A stretch of DNA of 64,000 nt from Candidatus Spongiisociaceae bacterium (lineage in GTDB: Bacteria; Actinomycetota; Acidimicrobiia; Spongiisociales; Spongiisociaceae), in NCBI GenBank assembly GCA_965219685.1, contig CBDCOH010000002.1, positions 1,728,001 to 1,792,000 on the forward strand, written 5' to 3'. Shown piece after piece: positions 38,832 to 48,322 of this stretch. The notes under the pieces are model-generated. The model saw nothing but the letters and a program-made list of their open reading frames with translations. It was not told the origin of the DNA and searched no databases. Position numbers and translations under genes: made by a program. Within the stretch, counting starts at the first letter, position 1. Every line of letters begins with the position of its first letter.

Positions 38832-39779
38832 CTACACCGCCTTCCAGCAGCGAACCATCCGCCCGTCCATACCGCTCGGAACGAGGTCCTGCTCGGCCGA
38901 GCACGCCGACTCGGCAAGGGGACATCTCGGCATCAGGCGACACCCGCTGGCCGGGTCGCTCTCGCCTTTAGGACCTAACGCGTGCTCGTCGGTTGCGAAC
39001 CGGCTGGCGGCTATCAGAGCCTGGGTGTAGGGGTGGGCGGGCGACTCGAAGACCTGTTCGACAGTGCCTCTTTCGACTATCTGGCCGAGGTACATGACCA
39101 CTATCTCGTCGGCGCAGACCCGCACCGCTTCCAAGTCGTGGGAGATGAAGACGAACGCGACGTTGAATTCCTCCTGGAGTTGTTGCAGGAGGGACAGGAT
39201 CTCGCCGCGTACGCTGAGGTCGAGCGACGAGGTCGGCTCGTCGAGTACCACCAGGTCGGGATCGGGGGCCAAGGCCCGCGCGACAGCGGCTCTCTGCAAC
39301 TGCCCTCCGCTGAGAGCCCTTGGTTTGCGATCCCAGAGTTCCTCACCGAGGCTGACCGATGTCAGCACATGCCGCAGGCGTTCGTCCTGCTGCGCTCTAG
39401 ACATATCCGACCTCAGGCGGCGCAGCGGCTGGGCCACGGAACTTCGCACGGTCCGGGTCGGGTCGAACGATGCCTGGGGCATCTGGAACACCATCTGGAT
39501 CAGGCGCCGGTGGGGGCGCATCTGGCGGACCTTGAGACCACCGAGCTGGACGCCTTCGAGCACCACCTCCCCGGCAGTGGGGGGCGTGAGCCCCAGCAGA
39601 CACCTGGCCACGGTCGACTTGCCCGAACCGCTCTCTCCGACGATGCCGAGGGTGCGCCCGCGCTCCACCGTGAACGACACGTCCTCCGCGGCGCGCACCG
39701 TCTCAACCCGCCCGATCGAGTGCCGGACCCGGTAGGTCTTGGATAGGTTGCGCACCTCCAGGATCGGGAAATCATCCAT
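38832..39779 (-). CDS. Oligopeptide/dipeptide ABC ATP-binding protein (OppF/DppF-like)
   Basis: GESGSGKS, LSGGQLQR, DEPTSSLD, HPYTQAL, C-terminal Cys cluster. Confidence 0.93.
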   Translation of the reverse strand: MDDFPILEVRNLSKTYRVRHSIGRVETVRAAEDVSFTVERGRTLGIVGESGSGKSTVARCLLGLTPPTAGEVVLEGVQLGGLKVRQMRPHRRLIQMVFQMPQASFDPTRTVRSSVAQPLRRLRSDMSRAQQDERLRHVLTSVSLGEELWDRKPRALSGGQLQRAAVARALAPDPDLVVLDEPTSSLDLSVRGEILSLLQQLQEEFNVAFVFISHDLEAVRVCADEIVVMYLGQIVERGTVEQVFESPAHPYTQALIAASRFATDEHALGPKGESDPASGCRLMPRCPLAESACSAEQDLVPSGMDGRMVRCWKAV

Positions 39780-40755
39780 TTCCGGGCCCCAGGTGGCAGA
39801 GCAACCTGCGTCGCTCGTCCGGCTCGAACAGTGGAAGAGGCTCGTGATCGCACACTTCCATCCGAGAGACGCAGCGGTCGCGGAAAGCGCAGAGGTCGTA
39901 TACCTCTGTCATCTTCGGCACCAGACCCGGTATGGAAAGGGGCCGTTCCCCGGTGCGCAGGTCGACGCACTCGAGCAGGGCTTTCGAATACGGATGGGTA
40001 GGCTCTTCCAAGATCTGCTCCCGGGGACCGAACTCCACCACCCGTCCGGCGTACATGATGCCGATGTGGCGCGAGACCCGGGCCACGGCCCGCAGATCGT
40101 GAGAGATGAACAGCAGGGCGGCGTTGCGGGCGCTGACCTGCTTCTCCAAGAGATCGAGAACCCGGATCTGGGTGGTCATATCCAAGCCGGTGGTCGGCTC
40201 ATCGGCCAGGATGAGCGTCGGTCCGCAGGCGAGGGCCAGCGCTATGTTGACCCGCTGCGCCATCCCACCGCTCAGTTGGTGCGGGTGACGTCTGAGCACG
40301 GCCTCCGGGTCACCGAACTCGAGCTCGCGAAGGGTGGACCGGGCGAACTCGTGCGGATCCCCGTCTGACGCATCACGGTTCGCTTTGTACGCGTCGACGA
40401 TCTGGCGCTCCACCTTGAGCATCGGGTCGAGCGCCGACACGGGGTTCTGGTAGATCATCGCCACATCCGCGCCGCGGTACGCCTGCAAATCGCCGGGACT
40501 CATCTCTAGAACCTGCCGGCCGCTCCAGTCGATGGCGCCGCCGGTGATCGCTCCTCCCGGCGGCATAAGGCGAAGGATCGACCGCAGCGTCATCGTCTTT
40601 CCCGATCCGCTCTCGCCCACCAGGCCGACCGTCTCACCGGGATACACCTCCAAGTCGACCCCCTGGAGAGGGTGGACCGGGCCGGACGCCGTGTGGATGG
40701 TCACCTCTACACCCGAGAGAGACAGGAGGGCACCATTGGCGGGGTCCGTTGTCAC
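39772..40755 (-). CDS. Oligopeptide/dipeptide ABC ATP-binding protein (OppD/DppD-like)
   Basis: GESGSGKT, PHQLSGGMAQR, ADEPTTGLD; GTGA overlap. Confidence 0.93.
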   Translation of the reverse strand: MTTDPANGALLSLSGVEVTIHTASGPVHPLQGVDLEVYPGETVGLVGESGSGKTMTLRSILRLMPPGGAITGGAIDWSGRQVLEMSPGDLQAYRGADVAMIYQNPVSALDPMLKVERQIVDAYKANRDASDGDPHEFARSTLRELEFGDPEAVLRRHPHQLSGGMAQRVNIALALACGPTLILADEPTTGLDMTTQIRVLDLLEKQVSARNAALLFISHDLRAVARVSRHIGIMYAGRVVEFGPREQILEEPTHPYSKALLECVDLRTGERPLSIPGLVPKMTEVYDLCAFRDRCVSRMEVCDHEPLPLFEPDERRRLLCHLGPGNG

Positions 40756-41642
40756 GATGACACCCTCGTCGCGTCGACTGGCACGTCCGACCCTATCGAA
40801 AACCCGGTCAGCGAGTACACGGAGAGCGCGATCGCGGCACCCGGGAAGAGCGACGCCCACCACTTGCCGGCGACTATCAGGTTGGCGCCCTCCCTGATCA
40901 TCGCACCCCACTCCGGGCTGGGCGGTTCGATACCGAGTCCGATGAAGCTCAAACCGGCGATGATCTGGATGGCGTAGGCGCAAGTCAAAGCGAAGAGGGC
41001 CAGGATCTGGCCGCGAGCGTTGGGAATGAAGTGCTTCCACACGATCCCCCAGCCACCGAGGCCGCTGCACTTGGCCGCCTGGACGAACTCGGCATCGGTC
41101 AACGGGATCAGCACGCTGCGTACCTGGCGCACGTAGGAGGGAAAGTTGACGAACGCTATGGCGATGACGAGAACCACAGTGCCCGTATCGAACGGTAGGG
41201 GAAGGTCGAGGGCGCCGAGGGCCGCGAACAACACCAGCCCGAGGAGCAGCACCGGGAACGATTGCAGCACCTCGACCACCCGGAGCACCACGGTGTCCAC
41301 CCAGCCCCGGCGGTAGGCGGCCCACGCCCCCATCATGGATCCCAGACCGCCGCCCAGAACGACCCCGATCAGCGCCAGCACGAAGTCTATGCGGGCTCCG
41401 GCCACGACTCTCGAGTAAATGTCGAGTCCGAGGCTGTCAGTACCGAACCAGTGGTCCGCCGACGGCGGCGCCAGCGTGTTGAACGGATCGGGTCGGATCG
41501 GGTCATGGGTGACGATCCAGGGACCGAAGAGGACGATCAAGAGGATGAAGTAGAAGATCGAACGTCGTACCGTCCTGCCCTTCGTGGGACCGACGAAGAT
41601 GCGGGAGAGGAGGCTCTGGTCGGTGCGTGAACGAGTGATCAT
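40752..41642 (-). CDS. Oligopeptide ABC permease (OppC/DppC-like)
   Basis: PPSADHWFGTDSLGLD, FVQAAKCSG, PEWGAMI. Confidence 0.93.
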   Translation of the reverse strand: MITRSRTDQSLLSRIFVGPTKGRTVRRSIFYFILLIVLFGPWIVTHDPIRPDPFNTLAPPSADHWFGTDSLGLDIYSRVVAGARIDFVLALIGVVLGGGLGSMMGAWAAYRRGWVDTVVLRVVEVLQSFPVLLLGLVLFAALGALDLPLPFDTGTVVLVIAIAFVNFPSYVRQVRSVLIPLTDAEFVQAAKCSGLGGWGIVWKHFIPNARGQILALFALTCAYAIQIIAGLSFIGLGIEPPSPEWGAMIREGANLIVAGKWWASLFPGAAIALSVYSLTGFSIGSDVPVDATRVSS

Positions 41643-41648
41643 CGCTTG

Positions 41649-42710
41649 TCAGTCCCGCACACGCGGATCCATGGCGTATTGCAGCAGGTCCACGATGAAG
41701 TAGAGGAGCACGTAGATGGTGGCCGCGACGATTACGACGCCGAGCACCGGGTCGTAGTCCGAGCGTTCCGACGCCCAGACGGCGTAGAACCCGATCCCCG
41801 GCCAGGAGAACACCCTCTCCACCAGCACGGCGCCACCGATGAGGTAGCCGAATGTCATGGCCATGAGGTTGAGCACCGGGGGCGAGGCGTTACGGAACAC
41901 GTCGCGGATCATGATCTTGCGCCGGGGCAGGCCGTAGCTGTAGGCGGCCTCCACGTACGGACTCGCCAAGGCCGCGCTGACCGCCGCCCGCGTAACCCGG
42001 AACATGGGCGGGCTGCTCGTGATCCCCAGGGTCACAGCGGGCAGGATGAGATGCTTCAGGGCCTCCCACGCCAATCCGGGATTGCCGGCTATCAATGCGT
42101 CCACAGTGTAGAACCCGGTCACAATCATTGAACTGTCGATATCGGAGGTGAGGCGCCCGCGACTGGGGAATATGGGAAAGACCTGATGGGAAAGGACGGT
42201 GAGAAGCAGCAGCCCGAGCCAGAACGCCGGAACGCTGACCCCGAACTGGGAGATTCCCTCCCCTAGCTTGCCCATCGGTCCGTTAGGCCGCAGCGCGGCG
42301 CGCACGCCTAGGGGAATCGTCCAAAGGCTGGCCACCACCATGCTGAAGAAGACCAACTCGGCGGTCGCCGGGAGCTTGCGGGCGATGTCGTCAGCCACTG
42401 GGACGAAGGTGAAACGGGAGGAACCGAGGTCGCCCCGCAGGAGGGCGGTCAAGTAGGTGGTGAACTGGATGTGGATCGGGTCGTTCAGACCCATCATCTC
42501 CGCCCTGGCCTCGAGTATCTCCTCGCTGGTCTGGATGCCGACCGCGGCGTAGAGCGGGGTTCCCGTGGATCGGGTCACAGCGAAGGCGAGGACCACGACG
42601 GAGAAGAGCACCACAGCGAGGATGGCTACGCGGTTGGCGAGGAACAGAGTCCACCTGCGCAGGCCGGAATACCGCGACTGGGCCTCGTCCTGCTGTATCG
42701 CTGTCTCTAT
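41649..42710 (-). CDS. Oligopeptide ABC permease (OppB/DppB-like)
   Basis: RGDLGSS, HLILPAVTL, VERVFSWPGIG, DPRVR; N-terminus FLANRVAILAVV lies upstream of the track start (42614); ATA 42710 behind AGGAG. Confidence 0.9.
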   Translation of the reverse strand: METAIQQDEAQSRYSGLRRWTLFLANRVAILAVVLFSVVVLAFAVTRSTGTPLYAAVGIQTSEEILEARAEMMGLNDPIHIQFTTYLTALLRGDLGSSRFTFVPVADDIARKLPATAELVFFSMVVASLWTIPLGVRAALRPNGPMGKLGEGISQFGVSVPAFWLGLLLLTVLSHQVFPIFPSRGRLTSDIDSSMIVTGFYTVDALIAGNPGLAWEALKHLILPAVTLGITSSPPMFRVTRAAVSAALASPYVEAAYSYGLPRRKIMIRDVFRNASPPVLNLMAMTFGYLIGGAVLVERVFSWPGIGFYAVWASERSDYDPVLGVVIVAATIYVLLYFIVDLLQYAMDPRVRD

Positions 42711-42731
42711 GTGGAACTCCTGGAGGATCTA

Positions 42732-42769
42732 GACCGAGAGAGGGCCGGTGTTACCCGGCCCTCTCGGTC
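42732..42769 (-). terminator. Stem-loop after the oppA-like gene
   Basis: GAGAGGGCCGG/CCGGCCCTCTC stem plus GACC/GGTC. Confidence 0.65.
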
Positions 42770-42786
42770 ATGGGTTCTAGTACTAG

Positions 42787-44601
42787 TTAGGCGCGCTCCA
42801 ATGCAGCGAACCACAGCAGCCCATCGGGATGATGGACGTATCCGGTGATGTCTTCGCGCATAGCCATCGTGAAGTTGGCATTGGCGAGCCAGAGCATCGG
42901 CGAGGCCTCAGTCACTATGGCGATGGCCTCCCGGTACGGGTCCCGCAGAGCGTTGTCATCGAGAACGGAAGCGGTCTCCTGGAGGATCTCGTCGACTCGT
43001 GCGTCGGTGAAGCCGGTCCAGTTGATGACCGTGGCCGTCTCCCACCACAGGTAGAAGTGGTAGTACGGATCGTCGATGTAGTCGAGCAGACCCCCGCGGA
43101 ATGCCGCCTGGTGTTGGAGGTTGCTGACGTTCAGGACCTCGAACATCTCCGATCCGCTGATGGGACGGATCGTCATGTCGATCCCGACGTCAGCCAAGTT
43201 GGCCTTCATATTGGCCGCGATCGCATCGTCGAGCGCCACACCCTGGCGGATGACCAACTCGAACTCGAAGCCATCGGGCTGCCCGGCCGCGGCGAGGTGC
43301 TCGCGCGCCTTGTCGGGGTTGTACTCGTAGATCCAGCTGTCGGCGAGGCCCCACAGGTCGAACACCCTCGCGTTGACCGACATGGGCCCCTGTGCATGCA
43401 CGGCATGGCCCTTCAACACGCCATTGACGATCGCGTCGTAGTCGATGGCGTAGGCAACCGCCCTGCGGAGGTCCAGGTTGTCGAACGGAGGCTGCTCAAG
43501 GTTGAGCATCACGTTCATGGAGTTCCGGTCCGGAATCGACAGGACCTTCACCCCATCGGACGCCCCCGCCAACTCCAACTCCGAGGCGGACATGTCGAGC
43601 GCGATGTCCACGTCGCCGCTCTGGAGAAGAGCGAGCCGGTTGGAACTCTCGGGTACGACGAGCAGTTCGACGGTCTCGAAGTAAGGCTGGCGACCCGGCC
43701 AGGTCGGATTGGCCTTGAGGACCATCTTGGAGCCGCGCTCCCAACTGTCCATCACATAGCGACCGTTTCCGGCGAAGTTCTGCGACAGCCATGTGGAACC
43801 CCACGGATCGTCGTCGGTGGCGTTCTCCGTAACAGCCGTGGCGTCGATGACACCCATGCTCTGGTCCCTCATGAGGGGTAGCACGATGGTGGAGGGCCGG
43901 ATGTCATGCAGGATGAGCGTCTGGTCGTCCACCCGTTCGACCTGATCCATGCCGTGCAGGCCGATGTTGCCCCACACCCAGGCCGGTCCCGAAGGAAGCG
44001 CGAACGCCCGCTCGATCGTCCAGATGACATCGTCGGTGGTCACCGCTCGGCCGCTGGACGGGAACACCAGACCCTGCCGGAGCTTGAGGGTCAGCTTCGT
44101 GCGATCGTCGCTGAAGTCCCAGTTCTCGACCCAGCCGCCCTCGAAGGCGGTGGTGTCGGCATAGGCATAATCCCCTTGGGAAGGTCCTGGCAGGTACTGG
44201 ACCGACTGCATGTAGGTGTTCTTGAGGACCAGGTTCGTCAGGTTCGCCTGCCCGAAGTTGGGATCGAGGTGCTCGACATCGTCCTTCATGGCGATACGAA
44301 GAGTCCGTGCCTCGGGGTCGTCGGCGTATACGACCACTTCCTCGGTCTCGGTCACCACGACTTCCTCGGTCACCACGACTTCCTCGGTCTCGGTCACGAT
44401 GGACGTGACAACCACTTCCTCGGTTACGACCTCGGTCTCGGTCACCACCTCGGTGACGGTCTCCGTCTCGGTGACGATCGACGTAACCACGACGGTCTCG
44501 GTCACAGTCACGGTCTCAGTGGTACCGCAGGCCGCTACGACCAACGCCATACCGAACAGCGCCGCCATAATCGGTGGCGTCCGCTTCCAAAGCATCTTCA
44601 T
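42787..44601 (-). CDS. Family-5 peptide-binding lipoprotein with V/T/E-rich N-terminal repeat
   Basis: Lipobox VVAAC; LKLRQG, LALLQSGDVD, LRRAVAYAID; ATG 44601 behind GAGGAGG. Confidence 0.92.
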   Translation of the reverse strand: MKMLWKRTPPIMAALFGMALVVAACGTTETVTVTETVVVTSIVTETETVTEVVTETEVVTEEVVVTSIVTETEEVVVTEEVVVTETEEVVVYADDPEARTLRIAMKDDVEHLDPNFGQANLTNLVLKNTYMQSVQYLPGPSQGDYAYADTTAFEGGWVENWDFSDDRTKLTLKLRQGLVFPSSGRAVTTDDVIWTIERAFALPSGPAWVWGNIGLHGMDQVERVDDQTLILHDIRPSTIVLPLMRDQSMGVIDATAVTENATDDDPWGSTWLSQNFAGNGRYVMDSWERGSKMVLKANPTWPGRQPYFETVELLVVPESSNRLALLQSGDVDIALDMSASELELAGASDGVKVLSIPDRNSMNVMLNLEQPPFDNLDLRRAVAYAIDYDAIVNGVLKGHAVHAQGPMSVNARVFDLWGLADSWIYEYNPDKAREHLAAAGQPDGFEFELVIRQGVALDDAIAANMKANLADVGIDMTIRPISGSEMFEVLNVSNLQHQAAFRGGLLDYIDDPYYHFYLWWETATVINWTGFTDARVDEILQETASVLDDNALRDPYREAIAIVTEASPMLWLANANFTMAMREDITGYVHHPDGLLWFAALERA

Positions 44602-44714
44602 ACTCGCCCTCCTCAGGCTGGCCAACAATCCGACAATCATATTTGGCACACTGCCCGATCCGCAATTGGAGTGGACTCCGGGGCAGTATCCGGTTCCAGC
44701 ATCGGGATGTGCTG

Positions 44715-45470
44715 CTATTCCCGGTCGGCCATGAAGCTCTCCCACCAGGTGATGCACAGGTTCTCGATGTCTCCCTGTGCGTCCCGGTAGTCGTACCAGC
44801 TGTTCAGCCAATTGAGGAACCTCGGGTCCCCCGGGCGAATGGAAACCTTGTTGTGCCCGCGCTCCAGGATCACCAGCGTTCCGTCCGGCTCCCGCAGGAG
44901 CGCCAGTTCGGAATTGAGATCGAGGTACCGCTTTGTGATGGCATCGCCGACGATGGCATCGACAGCTCCGTCAAGCAGCAACCGGGTCGGATCCGAAGCG
45001 TCGACAACCTGTGCCGCAGGAAAGAACCGCTCCGCGACATCCCGATTGCTGGACCCATGCCACACTCCGATGCGAACTCCCTCCCCATGCATGGATCCGA
45101 TCCCGTCGCGGGCTCGGTCGGCCCGTACCTGGCAGGTAATCCGTATCTCCATGAGGCGACCCATAGTGAACTCCAACTCCAGCGCCCGCCGGGGAAAGAG
45201 CGTGTGCTTGGGAAGGAGATCCACCGTTCGGTCGAACAACGCGGGAATCTGGTCCGGCCAGAGGATCTCGACTATCTCGAGTTCGACACCGAGGTCCTCA
45301 GCGATCATCGCCGCCACCCGGGGAGCGACCCCCTCCGGCTCACCGGTCTCGGGATCTCGGTACATCTCGGGCGGATCGCCCGTATCCGGGTGACCGAGAA
45401 ACTCGATCGGTACCCTCAGAGCGCCCCGGTCCAGAATATCGTCAAGGGTCGATTCCCACTCGACAGCCAT
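44715..45470 (-). CDS. Family-3 solute-binding-fold protein lacking a signal peptide
   Basis: STLDDILDRGALRV, IAEDLGVELEIVEILWPDQIPAL, RPGDPRFLNWLNSW; AGGAG RBS directly before an acidic N-terminus. Confidence 0.8.
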   Translation of the reverse strand: MAVEWESTLDDILDRGALRVPIEFLGHPDTGDPPEMYRDPETGEPEGVAPRVAAMIAEDLGVELEIVEILWPDQIPALFDRTVDLLPKHTLFPRRALELEFTMGRLMEIRITCQVRADRARDGIGSMHGEGVRIGVWHGSSNRDVAERFFPAAQVVDASDPTRLLLDGAVDAIVGDAITKRYLDLNSELALLREPDGTLVILERGHNKVSIRPGDPRFLNWLNSWYDYRDAQGDIENLCITWWESFMADRE

Positions 45471-45610
45471 GCCTCTCCTCCTGTAGTTCGTCCAGCGACA
45501 CCTGGTTCCACGTGCGGTAACACTCTATGTGGTTCTCGCGGGCCCACAAGGTGTGCGCCCGGCCCGCGGGTACGATCTTCTTCCGAGCCCGATCTGAAGT
45601 GGGAGGACCG

Positions 45611-45997
45611 ATGCCCGTGATAAGACTCACCGACGTGCCGGAGAATGCCCAGATAGGACCCGGTCTGGACACGATCGTCATGAAGAAGGTGATCGGATCC
45701 AGGGAACGCGATCCCGCGTTCGAGATGCCGGACGAGACCCGGTCGTTGAGCATCACGCACGTCAAGATCTGGGGCAGCCTCGGACGCTCACACAACGATG
45801 AAACCGACCGCGCCATGTTCATCGTGGATGGCGATGGTGTGGCCCGGGTCGGAGACGACCGGCCTCAGGTGTTCGGGCCGGGCGACTTCATTCTTATCCC
45901 CAGAGGCGTCCCGTACGAGTGCGAAGGGAGTTTCACCTACCTGGTGATCAACAGTCCTGCCTACCGGGCGGGAACCGACGTAGACCCACGTACCTGA
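45611..45997 (+). CDS. Cupin-domain protein
   Basis: MFIVDGDG..VG, GPGDFILIPRGVPY; GGAGG RBS; divergent from the Opp operon. Confidence 0.8.
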   Translation: MPVIRLTDVPENAQIGPGLDTIVMKKVIGSRERDPAFEMPDETRSLSITHVKIWGSLGRSHNDETDRAMFIVDGDGVARVGDDRPQVFGPGDFILIPRGVPYECEGSFTYLVINSPAYRAGTDVDPRT

Positions 45998-47140
45998 GGA
46001 GTGCCTCGCCGTGGGGGTCGCCAGCGTCGAGTAGACCACCCAGACAGGTTCGACCGTGATCGCTGATCCGTCCGGGGTGGGCGGTGAGGAGGCGCCGACT
46101 TCCGGGAGCAGTTGCTGCAGGTAGAGGTCGAAGCCACCCAACCCGCCCGGGAACGGCATACGGTTTTCGCGAGCTTCCCTACGGCCTGGCAAGTCAGCAA
46201 CTTCTACTCCTCAGTCCAGCCCGGCACCGATGAGAAGTGCTCGTCAGGTGCTGCTCCGGCCCCGCGGTGCTCCGTAGTCGACGAACTGGGGTGCGCGCCA
46301 GGAGGGGCGGTTGGAGCATGCGGTTGAGAAGCCTGCCGCCTACAGGAGTAGCGGGAATCGTTTGCGAACCCCTTCTCCGCCTGTAGGCCGGAATGTGACC
46401 TAGAGATGCCCGTCACCGATCGCAAGGCCCTGGCCCTCTCCCGGCGGATCGGCCATCGTGAAAGAAGTAGATAGACGTGTTACGTCGGTGTCGTACTCCC
46501 ACAATGTAGTACCGTCACGGCTGAGTACCCACCAGCGTCCGTCGTAGATGCGGAAGCCTAAGACCGGGGTCAGCAGGGCTAACGCGACCCGGTCACAACT
46601 TGGTCCCGTCACCCAGTGTGACCTTCCGTAGCTTCATTTGCGGTTGCGTCCCCGTATATGTATCTCGTCCCCGTATATGTATATAACGTACAGGCTTGTT
46701 CCGTCAGCGGATACATACAGGGGATCGCCGGGGAAACTCGCCACGGATGACCCGGCCAGTCTGAGTACAACATCCCCGGAAGGTGCGCTACCACTTACGT
46801 CTAGTTCATACCGCTGTGAACCGACACCGGTTATACCGTCGTGGCCGGCCCTGGTTGATCGTCAGATTCGTGTCTGGCGTGGAACTGGACGTAAGGGCAG
46901 GATTGACGAGGCTGCACGAGTAACCAGAGGCATCTTCGGGACACACCCTGCTCGGGGTGGTCTCGACTGCCTTCTTGTACTGACTCGTATGACCGGTCAG
47001 GTCGGGCGTCCGCCTGTCGGCGGGCCCGATCGCGATTGCCGGATCGAAGGTCGGTTCCGATGACCGCACGGCCGGTCGGCCGAGTATCGTGGACCGGAGC
47101 CCGCAAGAGGCAAACCCTGTGGTAAGGAGGGAGACGAACA

Positions 47141-48103
47141 ATGGAATTCGACGATCGCCTCGATGAGGCACACAAGGCCGTCTTGGAGATGTTCCCCGAG
47201 GAACTGCTGGATCTTACCGATATTCCGGCGGCGCGGGAGATGGCCGAAGGCTTGATGGGTGCGATGGCTGCGCAGGTTCCAGAAGTTTCCGGGGTGGACG
47301 TCGAGGATCACTGGGCTCCTGGACCGGACGGGGATCCGGACGTGATGGTTCGTGTCTACACACCCTCGGATCTTGATCCTGGCGCGCCGGCCCTCTACTG
47401 GATCCACGGCGGGGGGATGGTGATGGGGAAGGTCGCCTGGAACGATCCGGACTGCAAAGGCTGGGCCGCCGACATGCGCTGCGTGGTGGCGTCCGTGGAA
47501 TACCGCCTCGCTCCGGAACATCCGCACCCCGCGCCGATCGAGGACTGCTTCGCGGGGCTGGCCTGGTTGGTCTCGAACGCGGAGAGCCTAGGCGTGGATG
47601 CGGATCGGATAGCAGTGGGCGGTGCTTCAGCCGGTGGGGGTTTGGCGGCGGCCCTGGCCCTGGTTGCGAGGGATAGGGGTGTCGACATCGTCCTCCAGCA
47701 GCTCATCTGCCCGATGCTCGACGATCGCAATATCACCCGTTCCAGCCACTACGTCCAGCATCCCAAGGTGTGGAACCGCAAGGCGAACATCGCCGGATGG
47801 AGCGCCCTGCTCGGCAAACCGGCCGGTTCGGATGACGTGTCTCCCTACGCCTCCCCGGCCCGAGCCGAGGATCTGTCCGGGTTGGCGCCAGCCTTCATCA
47901 TCATCGGGGATCTCGACCTGTTCGTGGACGAGTCCATCGACTATGCGCAACGGCTGACGGCGGGCGGCGTGCCGACTGAACTTCACATCCTCCCAGGCGC
48001 AGTCCATGGCACCCAGTACTTCCTCCCGACGGCCGAGATAAGCATGCGCTGGAAGGCCATCGAGGCGGACGCCCTCCGCGTAGCCCTGCACGGGGCCGGC
48101 TGA
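47141..48103 (+). CDS. HSL-family alpha/beta hydrolase (esterase)
   Basis: HGGG, YRLAPEHP, GASAGG, DLFVDE, GAVHG. Confidence 0.94.
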   Translation: MEFDDRLDEAHKAVLEMFPEELLDLTDIPAAREMAEGLMGAMAAQVPEVSGVDVEDHWAPGPDGDPDVMVRVYTPSDLDPGAPALYWIHGGGMVMGKVAWNDPDCKGWAADMRCVVASVEYRLAPEHPHPAPIEDCFAGLAWLVSNAESLGVDADRIAVGGASAGGGLAAALALVARDRGVDIVLQQLICPMLDDRNITRSSHYVQHPKVWNRKANIAGWSALLGKPAGSDDVSPYASPARAEDLSGLAPAFIIIGDLDLFVDESIDYAQRLTAGGVPTELHILPGAVHGTQYFLPTAEISMRWKAIEADALRVALHGAG

Positions 48104-48322
48104 CTCGGGGCCGCGACCGGGCGTGATCAGAGGGTCGCGCAGGGATACACTCATTTGGTAGCGGAGGTTCCCGGAACAGGCCCACGCGCTGACGACGAGG
48201 TCGAGGTAGCAACCGACCCTGATGCGGTGGAACGCGTGCCGCGACCAGATGGGGACATGGATGATCGGCCCGGGCGCCGGAGCCCGCGGTTCCTGGCCAG
48301 CCATCCAGCGTAAGGGGCCGGC

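Noticed and set aside
442-45620. Long plus-strand ORFs opposite the minus-strand genes (e.g. 5995-7596, 7496-8806, 16217-17680, 31050-33107)
   Set aside because: Antisense shadows typical of high-GC DNA; the opposite strand carries the recognisable protein motifs
45442-45822. 126-aa minus-strand ORF upstream of the SBP-like gene
   Set aside because: Antisense to the cupin, which has an RBS and a motif; it is in a different frame from the SBP-like gene, so it cannot supply a signal peptide
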